Shown one piece after another: positions 8,934 to 16,022 of a DNA stretch of 58,688 nucleotides (positions are counted from its first letter, which is position 1; every line of letters starts with the position of its first letter). The position numbers and the translations under genes were made by a program. The stretch comes from a virus (lineage: Duplodnaviria; Caudoviricetes): positions 1 to 58,688 of IMG/VR virus record IMGVR_UViG_3300020125_000336; one strand, 5' to 3'. The notes under the pieces were generated by a model. It saw only the letters and a list, made by a program, of their open reading frames with translations, searched no databases and was not told the DNA's origin.

Positions 8934-9303
8934 TCACAAGCTCTGGCGCGAAGGCAAAGGCCCCCAGGGGACCAAGCAGCCCGAAACCAAGGGTTGGCCC
9001 GAGGATAAATGGCCAGAGGGTTGGCCGGAAGCCGGGAGCACCGAGACGCCCGGGTATCTCACCTGGGAGGGGGAGCCCTACACGTTTAAACCGCTGTCGG
9101 GCGGCTACTGCGCCGTAAAGTGCTGCTCCTGGCAGAACTCCCGGCTGGAACGGGAATACCGGAACGAGATACACAACCGCAAGAAGCTCCTGGGGTCGCT
9201 CCGATGGGGTCGGCTCCGCGCCCTGGTCATTGGATGGGCGATAGCCAAGGGGCAAGACCCGGACGATGCGAAGCGGTTTGCCACGCATATCCAATACCAT
9301 TAA
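8917..9303 (+). CDS. hypothetical protein
   Basis: Short WPE repeats; last gene before the structured element. Confidence 0.6.
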   Translation: MQNETDHKLWREGKGPQGTKQPETKGWPEDKWPEGWPEAGSTETPGYLTWEGEPYTFKPLSGGYCAVKCCSWQNSRLEREYRNEIHNRKKLLGSLRWGRLRALVIGWAIAKGQDPDDAKRFATHIQYH

Positions 9304-9310
9304 AGCTCAT

Positions 9311-9428
9311 GGTGATGGCTAATGCTGAGTCGCTTTCAGCTGCGGGGGTAAGCCAGCGTTGGCGCACCCAAAAGGGTTAATCCCCCACTGGTGCTGAAGG
9401 CTGAGAACTTTAGCCATCACCTTTGTTT
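9311..9428 (+). ncRNA. candidate branched structured RNA, possibly also acting as a terminator
   Basis: 12-bp perfect inverted repeat 9311-9322/9410-9421 encloses a second stem (GCTTTCAGC/GCTGAAGGC), a G5/C5 stem and two apical hairpins; followed by TTTGTTT. Confidence 0.5.
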
Positions 9429-9509
9429 GCTATACATAGAACCTCTTTTGACATACATTGACAAGGAATAGACAACAGGCCGAAAGGCCACAACCAAAAG
9501 GAAAACACA

Positions 9510-10247
9510 GTGAAGAACCGAATTAAGTTGAGCGACTACTGGGACAAGAAGCAGGATGAAAAACCCAAAAAGGTGCAGGATATTATATCCGAGTTTGCCG
9601 CCATCAAGGATTTCACCGTCAAAATGATGGCGCATATCCTTGAGCCGATCAATCTGCCGCCCGACCAGCGGTTAGAGGAGTTCAAGAAGCGGCTGGAACC
9701 ACTGCGCGAGCAGCTAGAGGCGCATGGCCGAACCGTGGAAGGGCTGGCGGAGCAGATCAACGCCGCAAGTGTGCGGTGGGATGAAGTCATGAAGGAAAGG
9801 ACCGGCAAAACCGCGTGGCAGCACATTGCCGACTTTGACGGCGATGGCGCGGAAATTGCCAAGACTGCATTTGCGGAGTCCGTGGCCAATGTCATGGGCA
9901 AGGTATTTAAGGAGGAGGAGGACCGGAAGCCTGCCATGGTATCAATCGAGGTTAAAGGCGATGCCCCGCCAGCCCTGCGTCAGGCCCTGATGAAGGCGAT
10001 AGACAATGCGATTAAGGAAGCCACCAGCAGCCCCGGCAAGTCGTGGACGGGAAAGCAGCTGCACGAACTACTCAATCCCGACCAGTTGCGCGAGATGCGG
10101 AAGATCCTGCGGCAGGAAAAGCCCATGGAGGAGCGCACCAAGGAGCTACGGGCCATGCTCAAGACTGTGACGTTGCCGGATGGGCTCGACGCTGACTTCC
10201 TGGGGCACGCGCTGAGCCATCTTTGGCAGGAGGGAGAGCAGCTATGA
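9510..10247 (+). CDS. hypothetical alpha-helical protein
   Basis: 245-aa ORF; TTGACA sites upstream. Confidence 0.75.
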   Translation: MKNRIKLSDYWDKKQDEKPKKVQDIISEFAAIKDFTVKMMAHILEPINLPPDQRLEEFKKRLEPLREQLEAHGRTVEGLAEQINAASVRWDEVMKERTGKTAWQHIADFDGDGAEIAKTAFAESVANVMGKVFKEEEDRKPAMVSIEVKGDAPPALRQALMKAIDNAIKEATSSPGKSWTGKQLHELLNPDQLREMRKILRQEKPMEERTKELRAMLKTVTLPDGLDADFLGHALSHLWQEGEQL

Positions 10248-10444
10248 AGACGCGAACCACGTGGCAGAAGCTGCAAACCATGGATCGAGCACTATCGGAA
10301 AGCGGTTGCATCGCCTTTGCCGCTATCGATCAGCCTTTAGTGACTGAACTTTGTGAAATCATCGGCGCACTTTACCGAATTGCGGAAAGCTCGCAGATTG
10401 AATCAGTGCTGCGCGACAGCCTGACCAGGGAGTTGACGTTATGA
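10244..10444 (+). CDS. hypothetical protein (paralog of 11058..11282)
   Basis: ATGA-coupled start at 10244; AIDQPLVTELCEII resembles ALDQAIVDQLCDLI. Confidence 0.7.
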   Translation: MKTRTTWQKLQTMDRALSESGCIAFAAIDQPLVTELCEIIGALYRIAESSQIESVLRDSLTRELTL

Positions 10445-10468
10445 GCGACAAACCCCGGCAACGCATTT

Positions 10469-10657
10469 ATGAGGCTTAAAACCAGTCGAGAGCGCAAGGC
10501 GCAAGCCCGGGTAAGTTTCTTTGTTCCCGGGCGCAAGGCAGCGAGCATGAGCGGGGGGTTAAACAATTGCCGCCGGAAGCATCCGAAGTGGGAGATGATC
10601 ATGCGTTACGTGGAAGAGAGCGGGGTGAAGGGGACGCGGATCTGGCGGGTGAAATAA
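10469..10657 (+). CDS. small basic hypothetical protein
   Basis: C-terminal GTRIWRVK recalls small phage proteins; start uncertain. Confidence 0.55.
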   Translation: MRLKTSRERKAQARVSFFVPGRKAASMSGGLNNCRRKHPKWEMIMRYVEESGVKGTRIWRVK

Positions 10658-10710
10658 AGTTAAAACTGAGTGTTGACAAGGCATAGACGAAGGGATTAAA
10701 AACAGGGCGT

Positions 10711-11058
10711 ATGCAGCACTTACAAATCAGTGAACACGAGACCGAGATCACCGAGTTGGCGATCCAGACGGTCCTACATCAGCAGAGCATCAACGAACAG
10801 CGCAAGGGGACGGAGTTTTATCGGAAGCCCTATGATCTGGCGTTGCATATTGTTATGGCCCTCAAAGCGAGGGGTTTTAGAATCAGCGTCAGCCCGTTTG
10901 AGACGGGGACGGAGCGAGAGGTATTGTCCAGCATCCGCAAGAGTTTGCCGCTTGAGAGCAGGGACAGCGAGCATCTACAGGGGATGCATTTAGGCAAGCT
11001 GGGGATACGAACCAAGCAGGACGCCTTGCCCAAGGGTCTGCGAAGGAGGGCAGAATAA
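10711..11058 (+). CDS. hypothetical protein
   Basis: TTGACA at 10673 upstream; TAATG overlap with the next gene. Confidence 0.6.
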   Translation: MQHLQISEHETEITELAIQTVLHQQSINEQRKGTEFYRKPYDLALHIVMALKARGFRISVSPFETGTEREVLSSIRKSLPLESRDSEHLQGMHLGKLGIRTKQDALPKGLRRRAE

Positions 11059-11282
11059 TGAGCCGCAAAGCCGCCTCAGTGGAGGTTTACAGCGCCCTAA
11101 GCCTGTTGCGATTGGCCTTAATCGGCCAAGGGGCCATAATGGCATGCACTGCCCTGGATCAGGCCATAGTGGACCAGTTGTGTGACTTGATCGCAGTGCA
11201 GCACAAGGCTCTAAGGGAGATATACAGCGAGCAGGACATCGCCCAGGAGTTGCAGAGCATTTTAGAGCATCCAGAGCTTTAA
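11058..11282 (+). CDS. hypothetical protein (paralog of 10244..10444)
   Basis: Shares the AxDQxxVxxLCxxI motif. Confidence 0.7.
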   Translation: MSRKAASVEVYSALSLLRLALIGQGAIMACTALDQAIVDQLCDLIAVQHKALREIYSEQDIAQELQSILEHPEL

Positions 11283-11358
11283 GGGAGGGTGTAAGAGTGC
11301 ATCCGGCCAGTCAGGTGAAAGCCTTGACTGGCCTTTTTGCTGCCCTAACCTTGCCCAG

Positions 11359-11700
11359 GTGCCAAAACTGCTATTCACCACCGAGACAGCCAAGATCGCC
11401 GCCGACAAGAGCCGCGAAGCCCGACGCCTGAGAGCCGAAGCCCAAGCCAATGGATTCTCCGTGGAACCGGAGCCGGATAGGGCTTACGTCAGCTTGAGGG
11501 TCAAATGCGTGAGACGACAGATTGAGTCAGTCAACCGCAGGATAGAGTCAGAGTCCGATCCTATGCGCTTAGACCGGCTTGTCAACGCAGTGTATAGACT
11601 GACGGAGTTGGAGCGCGTACTGAGTGGTCGGCCCTTACCCGGTCAGCTGAAGCCCGTTGCTCAGAGGCAGGTCAGGCCAGAGGCGGAGCCGATCCGCTAG
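11359..11700 (+). CDS. hypothetical protein, possible terminase small subunit
   Basis: TTGACT-16-TAACCT promoter 7 nt before GTG; basic N-terminus, helical body and Pro-rich tail; function is a guess. Confidence 0.55.
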   Translation: MPKLLFTTETAKIAADKSREARRLRAEAQANGFSVEPEPDRAYVSLRVKCVRRQIESVNRRIESESDPMRLDRLVNAVYRLTELERVLSGRPLPGQLKPVAQRQVRPEAEPIR

Positions 11701-11991
11701 TCTCAAGTCAGAAGTCAGACGGGGGACGGTGAAGGCTTAAACTTCGCAAAACGTAGATTAGGTGTACAAGCATGCTTAATCGTCCGACCGTCCCCACACC
11801 CTGCCCCACCCGGCACCCAGTTTACGAAGGGATGGATCAGCGGGACTCCCAATTTACAGACAGGTCATCTTGGAAGATCTGAGACGGCTTCAAGACAGAC
11901 TTAGGCTATTGGGCACACGCCGCCCTTATTAGACGGGCGACTGCTTTTGCAGCCCCAGTGTCGGTCCTGATCCCTCACGGGCCTTTGCCGT

Positions 11992-12297
11992 TCAAAGCAA
12001 TGGCGCGGAGAACACTGGTTTAAGGCTTTCGAGTCGAGGGACGTTTCTTCGGGCGGCGGTGTTCGGTATCCCCCGGAGTGTCCGGAGGGTTCCTGAGACT
12101 GTTTCGTCCACGGTTGACCAAGGGCGGTTACGCCTTTGAGGATCGTTGGAGGGGCAGTCTTTGTCCGTCTTGGATTGCTTCTCTGAGTTCTGATCTGACT
12201 CGAAATTGGCGCTCCCATGTGTAACAGCGAGGTTTGCCCTCATTGTTGCTGGGCGTTGCCTAGGCGCTTGCAGCGGGAGCGTTAAACTGTCACACAT
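11992..12297 (-). CDS. hypothetical protein (doubtful)
   Basis: TTGACG-18-TAGAAG lies 6 nt before ATG 12297, but the product is low-information. Confidence 0.3.
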   Translation of the reverse strand: MCDSLTLPLQAPRQRPATMRANLAVTHGSANFESDQNSEKQSKTDKDCPSNDPQRRNRPWSTVDETVSGTLRTLRGIPNTAARRNVPRLESLKPVFSAPLL

Positions 12298-12342
12298 GCT
12301 CTTCTTCTACGCCACTCCCCCACGTTCCGTCAACACCTTACG

Positions 12343-12975
12343 TCACATTATCTTATCCAGCACCTTCTGCACCGTCTTGGCTATCGGCAACACCGGCTTG
12401 GGATAGCTGGTGAAATAATCAGGCGGCAAGTCGTCCAGCCTCGGATCACGCAGCAAACGCTTCAGGCCAGAGGCCACACAGAGCAGGCTGATCGGATGCA
12501 GCGCCCCCTGCGGCACCCACCATACATGCTTCTTGGGGTCCCACCAGCTGGCTCGAACCTCCCGGCCCTTCAGCCACCCACGAAAACAAAACACCGGAAT
12601 CTCCCCCGTCACCAGCACGTAGTAATGAGCCAGATTATCCGCCACCCGGGAACCATGCTGGCCATAAATGCACAGGTGCCCCGTGCTGTACTTGGTCCAG
12701 CGCACCTGCACGTTCGTCCCCAGGTCCGGACTGTGAAAACTCCCCGTCGCCCCGACCGGCTCCTTCAACTTGAAATAACGCTGGGCGGCTATCTCGGAGC
12801 CTTTGGATTGAATGTCCTGCTCCCGCCGCGCTACCTCCTGCTCCTCGGGGGTCCCGGCGAACGGGAACTTGTCCTTCAGGCCCCGGCGGATCGAGTCCTC
12901 CCGGCGCTCAATGCCCTGCTTTATAGCCAGCTCAATATCAGCCGTTACCAGCGTCCAGATTTCCGTCGAGTTCAT
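12343..12975 (-). CDS. phage protein with possible restriction-endonuclease-like fold
   Basis: GSEIAAQRY...PDLGTNVQVRWT...YVLVTG...RGW pattern resembles a variant PD-(D/E)XK core. Confidence 0.55.
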   Translation of the reverse strand: MNSTEIWTLVTADIELAIKQGIERREDSIRRGLKDKFPFAGTPEEQEVARREQDIQSKGSEIAAQRYFKLKEPVGATGSFHSPDLGTNVQVRWTKYSTGHLCIYGQHGSRVADNLAHYYVLVTGEIPVFCFRGWLKGREVRASWWDPKKHVWWVPQGALHPISLLCVASGLKRLLRDPRLDDLPPDYFTSYPKPVLPIAKTVQKVLDKIM

Positions 12976-13129
12976 CAGCTTCCTCCAGCAGTTTCACGTT
13001 TTTGATGTCACCGCTCATATTGGCGGCGTAACGCAGGGCGTCAGCCTGGATGTGGCGAACCGCGCGAATCGCCTGATCCACCCGGCCCACCACATCCAGA
13101 CTCAATACCCATTCTTCAGCCAGTCTCAT
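12938..13129 (-). CDS. hypothetical protein directly downstream of the periodic array
   Basis: ATG 13129 (MRLAEEWVLSLD...) begins where the 5-nt periodicity stops. Confidence 0.6.
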   Translation of the reverse strand: MRLAEEWVLSLDVVGRVDQAIRAVRHIQADALRYAANMSGDIKNVKLLEEADELDGNLDAGNG

Positions 13130-13133
13130 AACC

Positions 13134-13891
13134 AACACTTTACACGGCAACCCGGGCCACAGCCAACACAAAACCTGGCTTTACCGGCACGTTGCACAAC
13201 AGGGCCTCACTTCACCAGCACCAAACGCCACTTTACACGACTCTGCCGCTGCAAGACGGCCCTTCGCCTCACAATGCCCTTACGCCACGCCGCGAGCCGT
13301 CGCCAATACCCTGCCGCCCGTTGCCTCGCCTGCGCCTGACGGTCCCCCACATTGCCATGCCCATACTACGCCTCGCCTCGCCACACTTTGCCTTTACTCC
13401 ACGACACTCAACCATGCCGTGGCACCACAAAACCTTGCTTGCCAATACCTATGCAAAACCTTACTCAACTGTGCCAACGCTCCACCCCGCGCTGCCTGTG
13501 CTGCGCCGACTAGCCCATTGCCACTGCGCCACATGACTATACAAAGCCAGAGCGACCCATAACACGACTTCGCCCTGACGTTGCTTCACGATCCTGCGCC
13601 CTCACTGCACTTTCCATTACCATAACCCCACCTAACATAACTGTGCCATCGCATTGCCTCTGCCCCGCCACACATGCCCTCACCTCGCCCTGGCACTGCC
13701 AAACATGACCTTGCCATAGCAGCACGACACTTCACTCAGCCCGTGCTAAGCAAGACAGCACCGGCACAGTGCGCTACTACGCTATGCTTTGCCAGGACGA
13801 TACACTACAATGCTTTGCCCTTGCCTCACTCACCTATCCATTCCCATGCCGCAGCATGGCCTTCCTAAACTTTCCTTTACGTAACTATGCC
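13134..13891 (-). ncRNA. 5-nt-periodic repeat array (N-G-B-N-N)n in 28 GGY-initiated units; candidate guide-RNA array
   Basis: Hand parse of 758 nt gives 146 elements; G at position 2 in 145 and never A at position 3. Each unit starts GGC or GGT and ends in a 6-nt element, e.g. GGC AA AGC AT TGT AG TGT AT CGT CCT. Confidence 0.85.
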
Positions 13892-14577
13892 TTTGCCACC
13901 GTGGGCATTTCACTCCACGTGAACCGGCCATAGCCGCCTGAACGCCATTGGCCGGACCCCTTGTAATTGCCCATGTCCAGGCACTGCTTCACTAATTCAA
14001 GCGTTAATTCCCGCCACGCGGCGTAATCCTTTTTGCTCTGCGACTCGAATAGAACCACCTCGAACTCGCAGTACGAGCCTTCCTCCACGAACTCGCTCCG
14101 CGCCAGCGCCACGCGATCCCCGCGCAGCGTGGTCGCTCGCAATGGACGCTGCAAGGTGCCGTGCGGCTTCTCGATAATCTTGCCATTTTTGTCGAACAGA
14201 TAGACGCGCCGGGGATTCACATAGAGAGCCCCATCGCACGCCTTCTTGTAATTCCAAGGGTTCAACTTCTGCACCTCCCCCAGTTCGATCATCTGGCTGA
14301 CGCACTCCTTGAAAAAGCCGCGCCAGGTGTAATCCCACACGTGCAGCCCGGTTTTGTCCCGCTGAAAGACCGTGCTGCCCTTGGTGATTTGCTCGTCCAC
14401 CGGGACGGCGGCAATCTCCTCCTGCATCTTGATGGCCTTTTCGTCGGGGGTGATGTCGCCTTTGTAATCGGCGATTTTTGCGCTGATGAACTCCTCCTGC
14501 AATTCGGGATTGCCAGAAGCCGTCGCGAGAAACGGAGTCACAAACTCCGCCCGAACTCGCATTATGCTCTTTTTCAT
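13885..14577 (-). CDS. solo RAMP-superfamily (Cas7/Csm3-like) RNA-binding protein
   Basis: N-terminal strand MRVRAEFVTPFLA, helix DYTWRGFFKEC, thumb-like RPLRA...LARSEFVEEGSYCEFEVVL and C-terminal Gly-rich loop GSGQWRSGGYGRF; start moved to ATG 14577 (230 aa). Confidence 0.8.
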   Translation of the reverse strand: MKKSIMRVRAEFVTPFLATASGNPELQEEFISAKIADYKGDITPDEKAIKMQEEIAAVPVDEQITKGSTVFQRDKTGLHVWDYTWRGFFKECVSQMIELGEVQKLNPWNYKKACDGALYVNPRRVYLFDKNGKIIEKPHGTLQRPLRATTLRGDRVALARSEFVEEGSYCEFEVVLFESQSKKDYAAWRELTLELVKQCLDMGNYKGSGQWRSGGYGRFTWSEMPTVAKA

Positions 14578-14584
14578 AACTGAT

Positions 14585-14612
14585 ACTTTACACAATTATG
14601 AAAAGGAGGCAA
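14585..14612 (-). promoter_or_regulatory. promoter for the RAMP gene and array (leaderless)
   Basis: TTGCCT-16-TAAAGT with TG upstream of the -10 box, 7 nt before ATG 14577. Confidence 0.6.
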
Positions 14613-14624
14613 GCATTATTTTTA

Positions 14625-14764
14625 AGTTTTGGAGGCCCAGCTGTGGGACGGGCTTTACCGCCAGCGGCTGAACCGCAGTTAAATGCCTCCAAAACTCACC
14701 CGCAGCCGGTTCCCCGTCCACATGCCTTTCGGGCTGACTCAACGAGGATTACGGACTGCGGGTG
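14625..14764 (-). ncRNA. candidate structured RNA with two adjacent branched stem domains
   Basis: 12-bp inverted repeat 14625-14636/14685-14696 and 9-bp inverted repeat 14697-14705/14756-14764, each enclosing inner stems; G-U pairs favour the minus strand. Confidence 0.45.
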
Positions 14765-14782
14765 CCCAGGACCAAACCACCC

Positions 14783-14820
14783 AACAAAACCCTCATGCCA
14801 GCGATGACACACCGTGAGGG
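14783..14820 (-). terminator. possible intrinsic terminator
   Basis: Minus-strand hairpin CCCTCA..GTGTCA/TGGCAT..TGAGGG followed by TTTTGTT. Confidence 0.45.
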
Positions 14821-14902
14821 CGGCGGTGACGAAATAAGGCCCGTGGAAACAGTGAACCCAAAACCCCGTGCCATGTCGCGCTCGACTGGCTTACGCTAAA
14901 TG

Positions 14903-15202
14903 TTACGGAGTGGGGGTCGGCGGAGCGTCCGGAACCAGATCATCCACCACCTGGGCCTGGACCAATAAATCGGCTACCGCCTGTTGCAGTTCCGGGGTGA
15001 CGGTGCCGCCAGCGGCGATCTGCGCTTGCAGGTCTTTGATCATCTGGAGCAGGTTCCCGCTTTCGGTGCCAATCTTCACGAGTTGGGCGATAACGGTGCG
15101 GAGTTGGGTTGTGATTTCAGCTTGTGTTGCCATAATTTTATGCAGGTGTTCATCAACTATTTTGAAGTAACCTAAAACCAGTTCTTCAAACTTGACTTTC
15201 AT
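14903..15202 (-). CDS. coiled-coil hypothetical protein
   Basis: Heptad-like helix with a Pro-rich tail. Confidence 0.7.
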   Translation of the reverse strand: MKVKFEELVLGYFKIVDEHLHKIMATQAEITTQLRTVIAQLVKIGTESGNLLQMIKDLQAQIAAGGTVTPELQQAVADLLVQAQVVDDLVPDAPPTPTP

Positions 15203-15392
15203 TCGTTGCAGTGTACGTCTCTTCCATCACTTTGGCACGCACTTTCTTTGCGCAAAAGATTTCCTCCACCCGCTTCAAGCCGCTTTCCCCGGGCGTGGGC
15301 TCGTGGAAGATGGTATTGCCCTTGGCTATGCCCCTGCGCCACTCCCGCAGCGCCTTCTGGTAGCGGAGAAGTTTATGCAGCGCGGTGGCCAT
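15186..15392 (-). CDS. hypothetical protein
   Basis: Start moved to ATG 15392 (MATALHKLLRYQK). Confidence 0.6.
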   Translation of the reverse strand: MATALHKLLRYQKALREWRRGIAKGNTIFHEPTPGESGLKRVEEIFCAKKVRAKVMEETYTATNESQV

Positions 15393-15675
15393 TGTCGTGG
15401 ATCTTCCGAATCTGGCCGATGCGCTGCCGGGTGACGTTGAACTTCCGGGCGATGTCCGAATCGCGCATGCTCCAATCAATCTTGTCAGGGTTCACCTTGA
15501 CGGTGCTCTTCCAACGGCTGTCACTCCAGGGAACGCGCCTGCCGTCTTTGCGATGGTAGCCGCGTTTGATCAGCCAATAGCGCGTGGTGGCGTAATTTCG
15601 CCGGAGCCTCCGTGCCGCCTGGTGAACGGAGAGTCCTTTGGGCAGATTGTTAATCAGGTTGTTCCAGGCGATCAT
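15373..15675 (-). CDS. double-HTH DNA-binding protein
   Basis: LSVHQAARRLRRNYATTRYW and DSDIARKFNVTRQRIGQIR (sigma region-4-like HTH). Confidence 0.8.
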   Translation of the reverse strand: MIAWNNLINNLPKGLSVHQAARRLRRNYATTRYWLIKRGYHRKDGRRVPWSDSRWKSTVKVNPDKIDWSMRDSDIARKFNVTRQRIGQIRKIHDNGHRAA

Positions 15676-15977
15676 GTCAGTCTGACTGGGACCGATCTAT
15701 CGTTTCCGATTATCGGCTCCATGGGCACAGTTTTAAATTCAGCCAGCTTCCGGCCCAGTTTCGGAATCCGGCCATCAATCAATCCGCTGGCCTGGACCCG
15801 GCACTTGTCGGCTTCGTCGCGCTTTCGCTTGGCATCTACTTCATATCCGTCCATTTTGAAAAGCTGCGACGCAGAATAATCGAGGCCCTCAGCCCGTTCC
15901 AAGAGCGTTCGGGCTTTTGCTTTGCAGTGGTCAATTTCTTCTTCGATTTCCTGGGATGTTTCATATCGGCGTTTCAT
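15672..15977 (-). CDS. hypothetical helical protein
   Basis: TTGACA-18-TAGCGT lies 6 nt before ATG 15977. Confidence 0.75.
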   Translation of the reverse strand: MKRRYETSQEIEEEIDHCKAKARTLLERAEGLDYSASQLFKMDGYEVDAKRKRDEADKCRVQASGLIDGRIPKLGRKLAEFKTVPMEPIIGNDRSVPVRLT

Positions 15978-16022
15978 TCTTTTACGCTACGGCTCGGCAC
16001 TGGAATCTGTCAAGGTTCGGTT

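Noticed and set aside
13192-13868. ORFs 13192..13536(+), 13537..13725(-) and 13674..13868(+) as proteins
   Set aside because: They lie within the period-5 array, have low-information translations and lack coupled starts; they are by-products of the repeat.
13134-13891. Canonical CRISPR array or simple microsatellite
   Set aside because: There are no identical 23-50-nt repeats with spacers, and no single repeated pentamer; only a positional grammar is conserved.
14578-14640. Self-targeting of the RAMP promoter by the first array unit
   Set aside because: A by-eye gapped comparison of unit 1 variable bases matched only partly and was no better than chance in AT-rich DNA.
14637-14684. Twister ribozyme
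   Set aside because: UAA and AAGCCC elements resemble the twister core, but the loop lacks the bases needed for the T1 pseudoknot, so it is not called.
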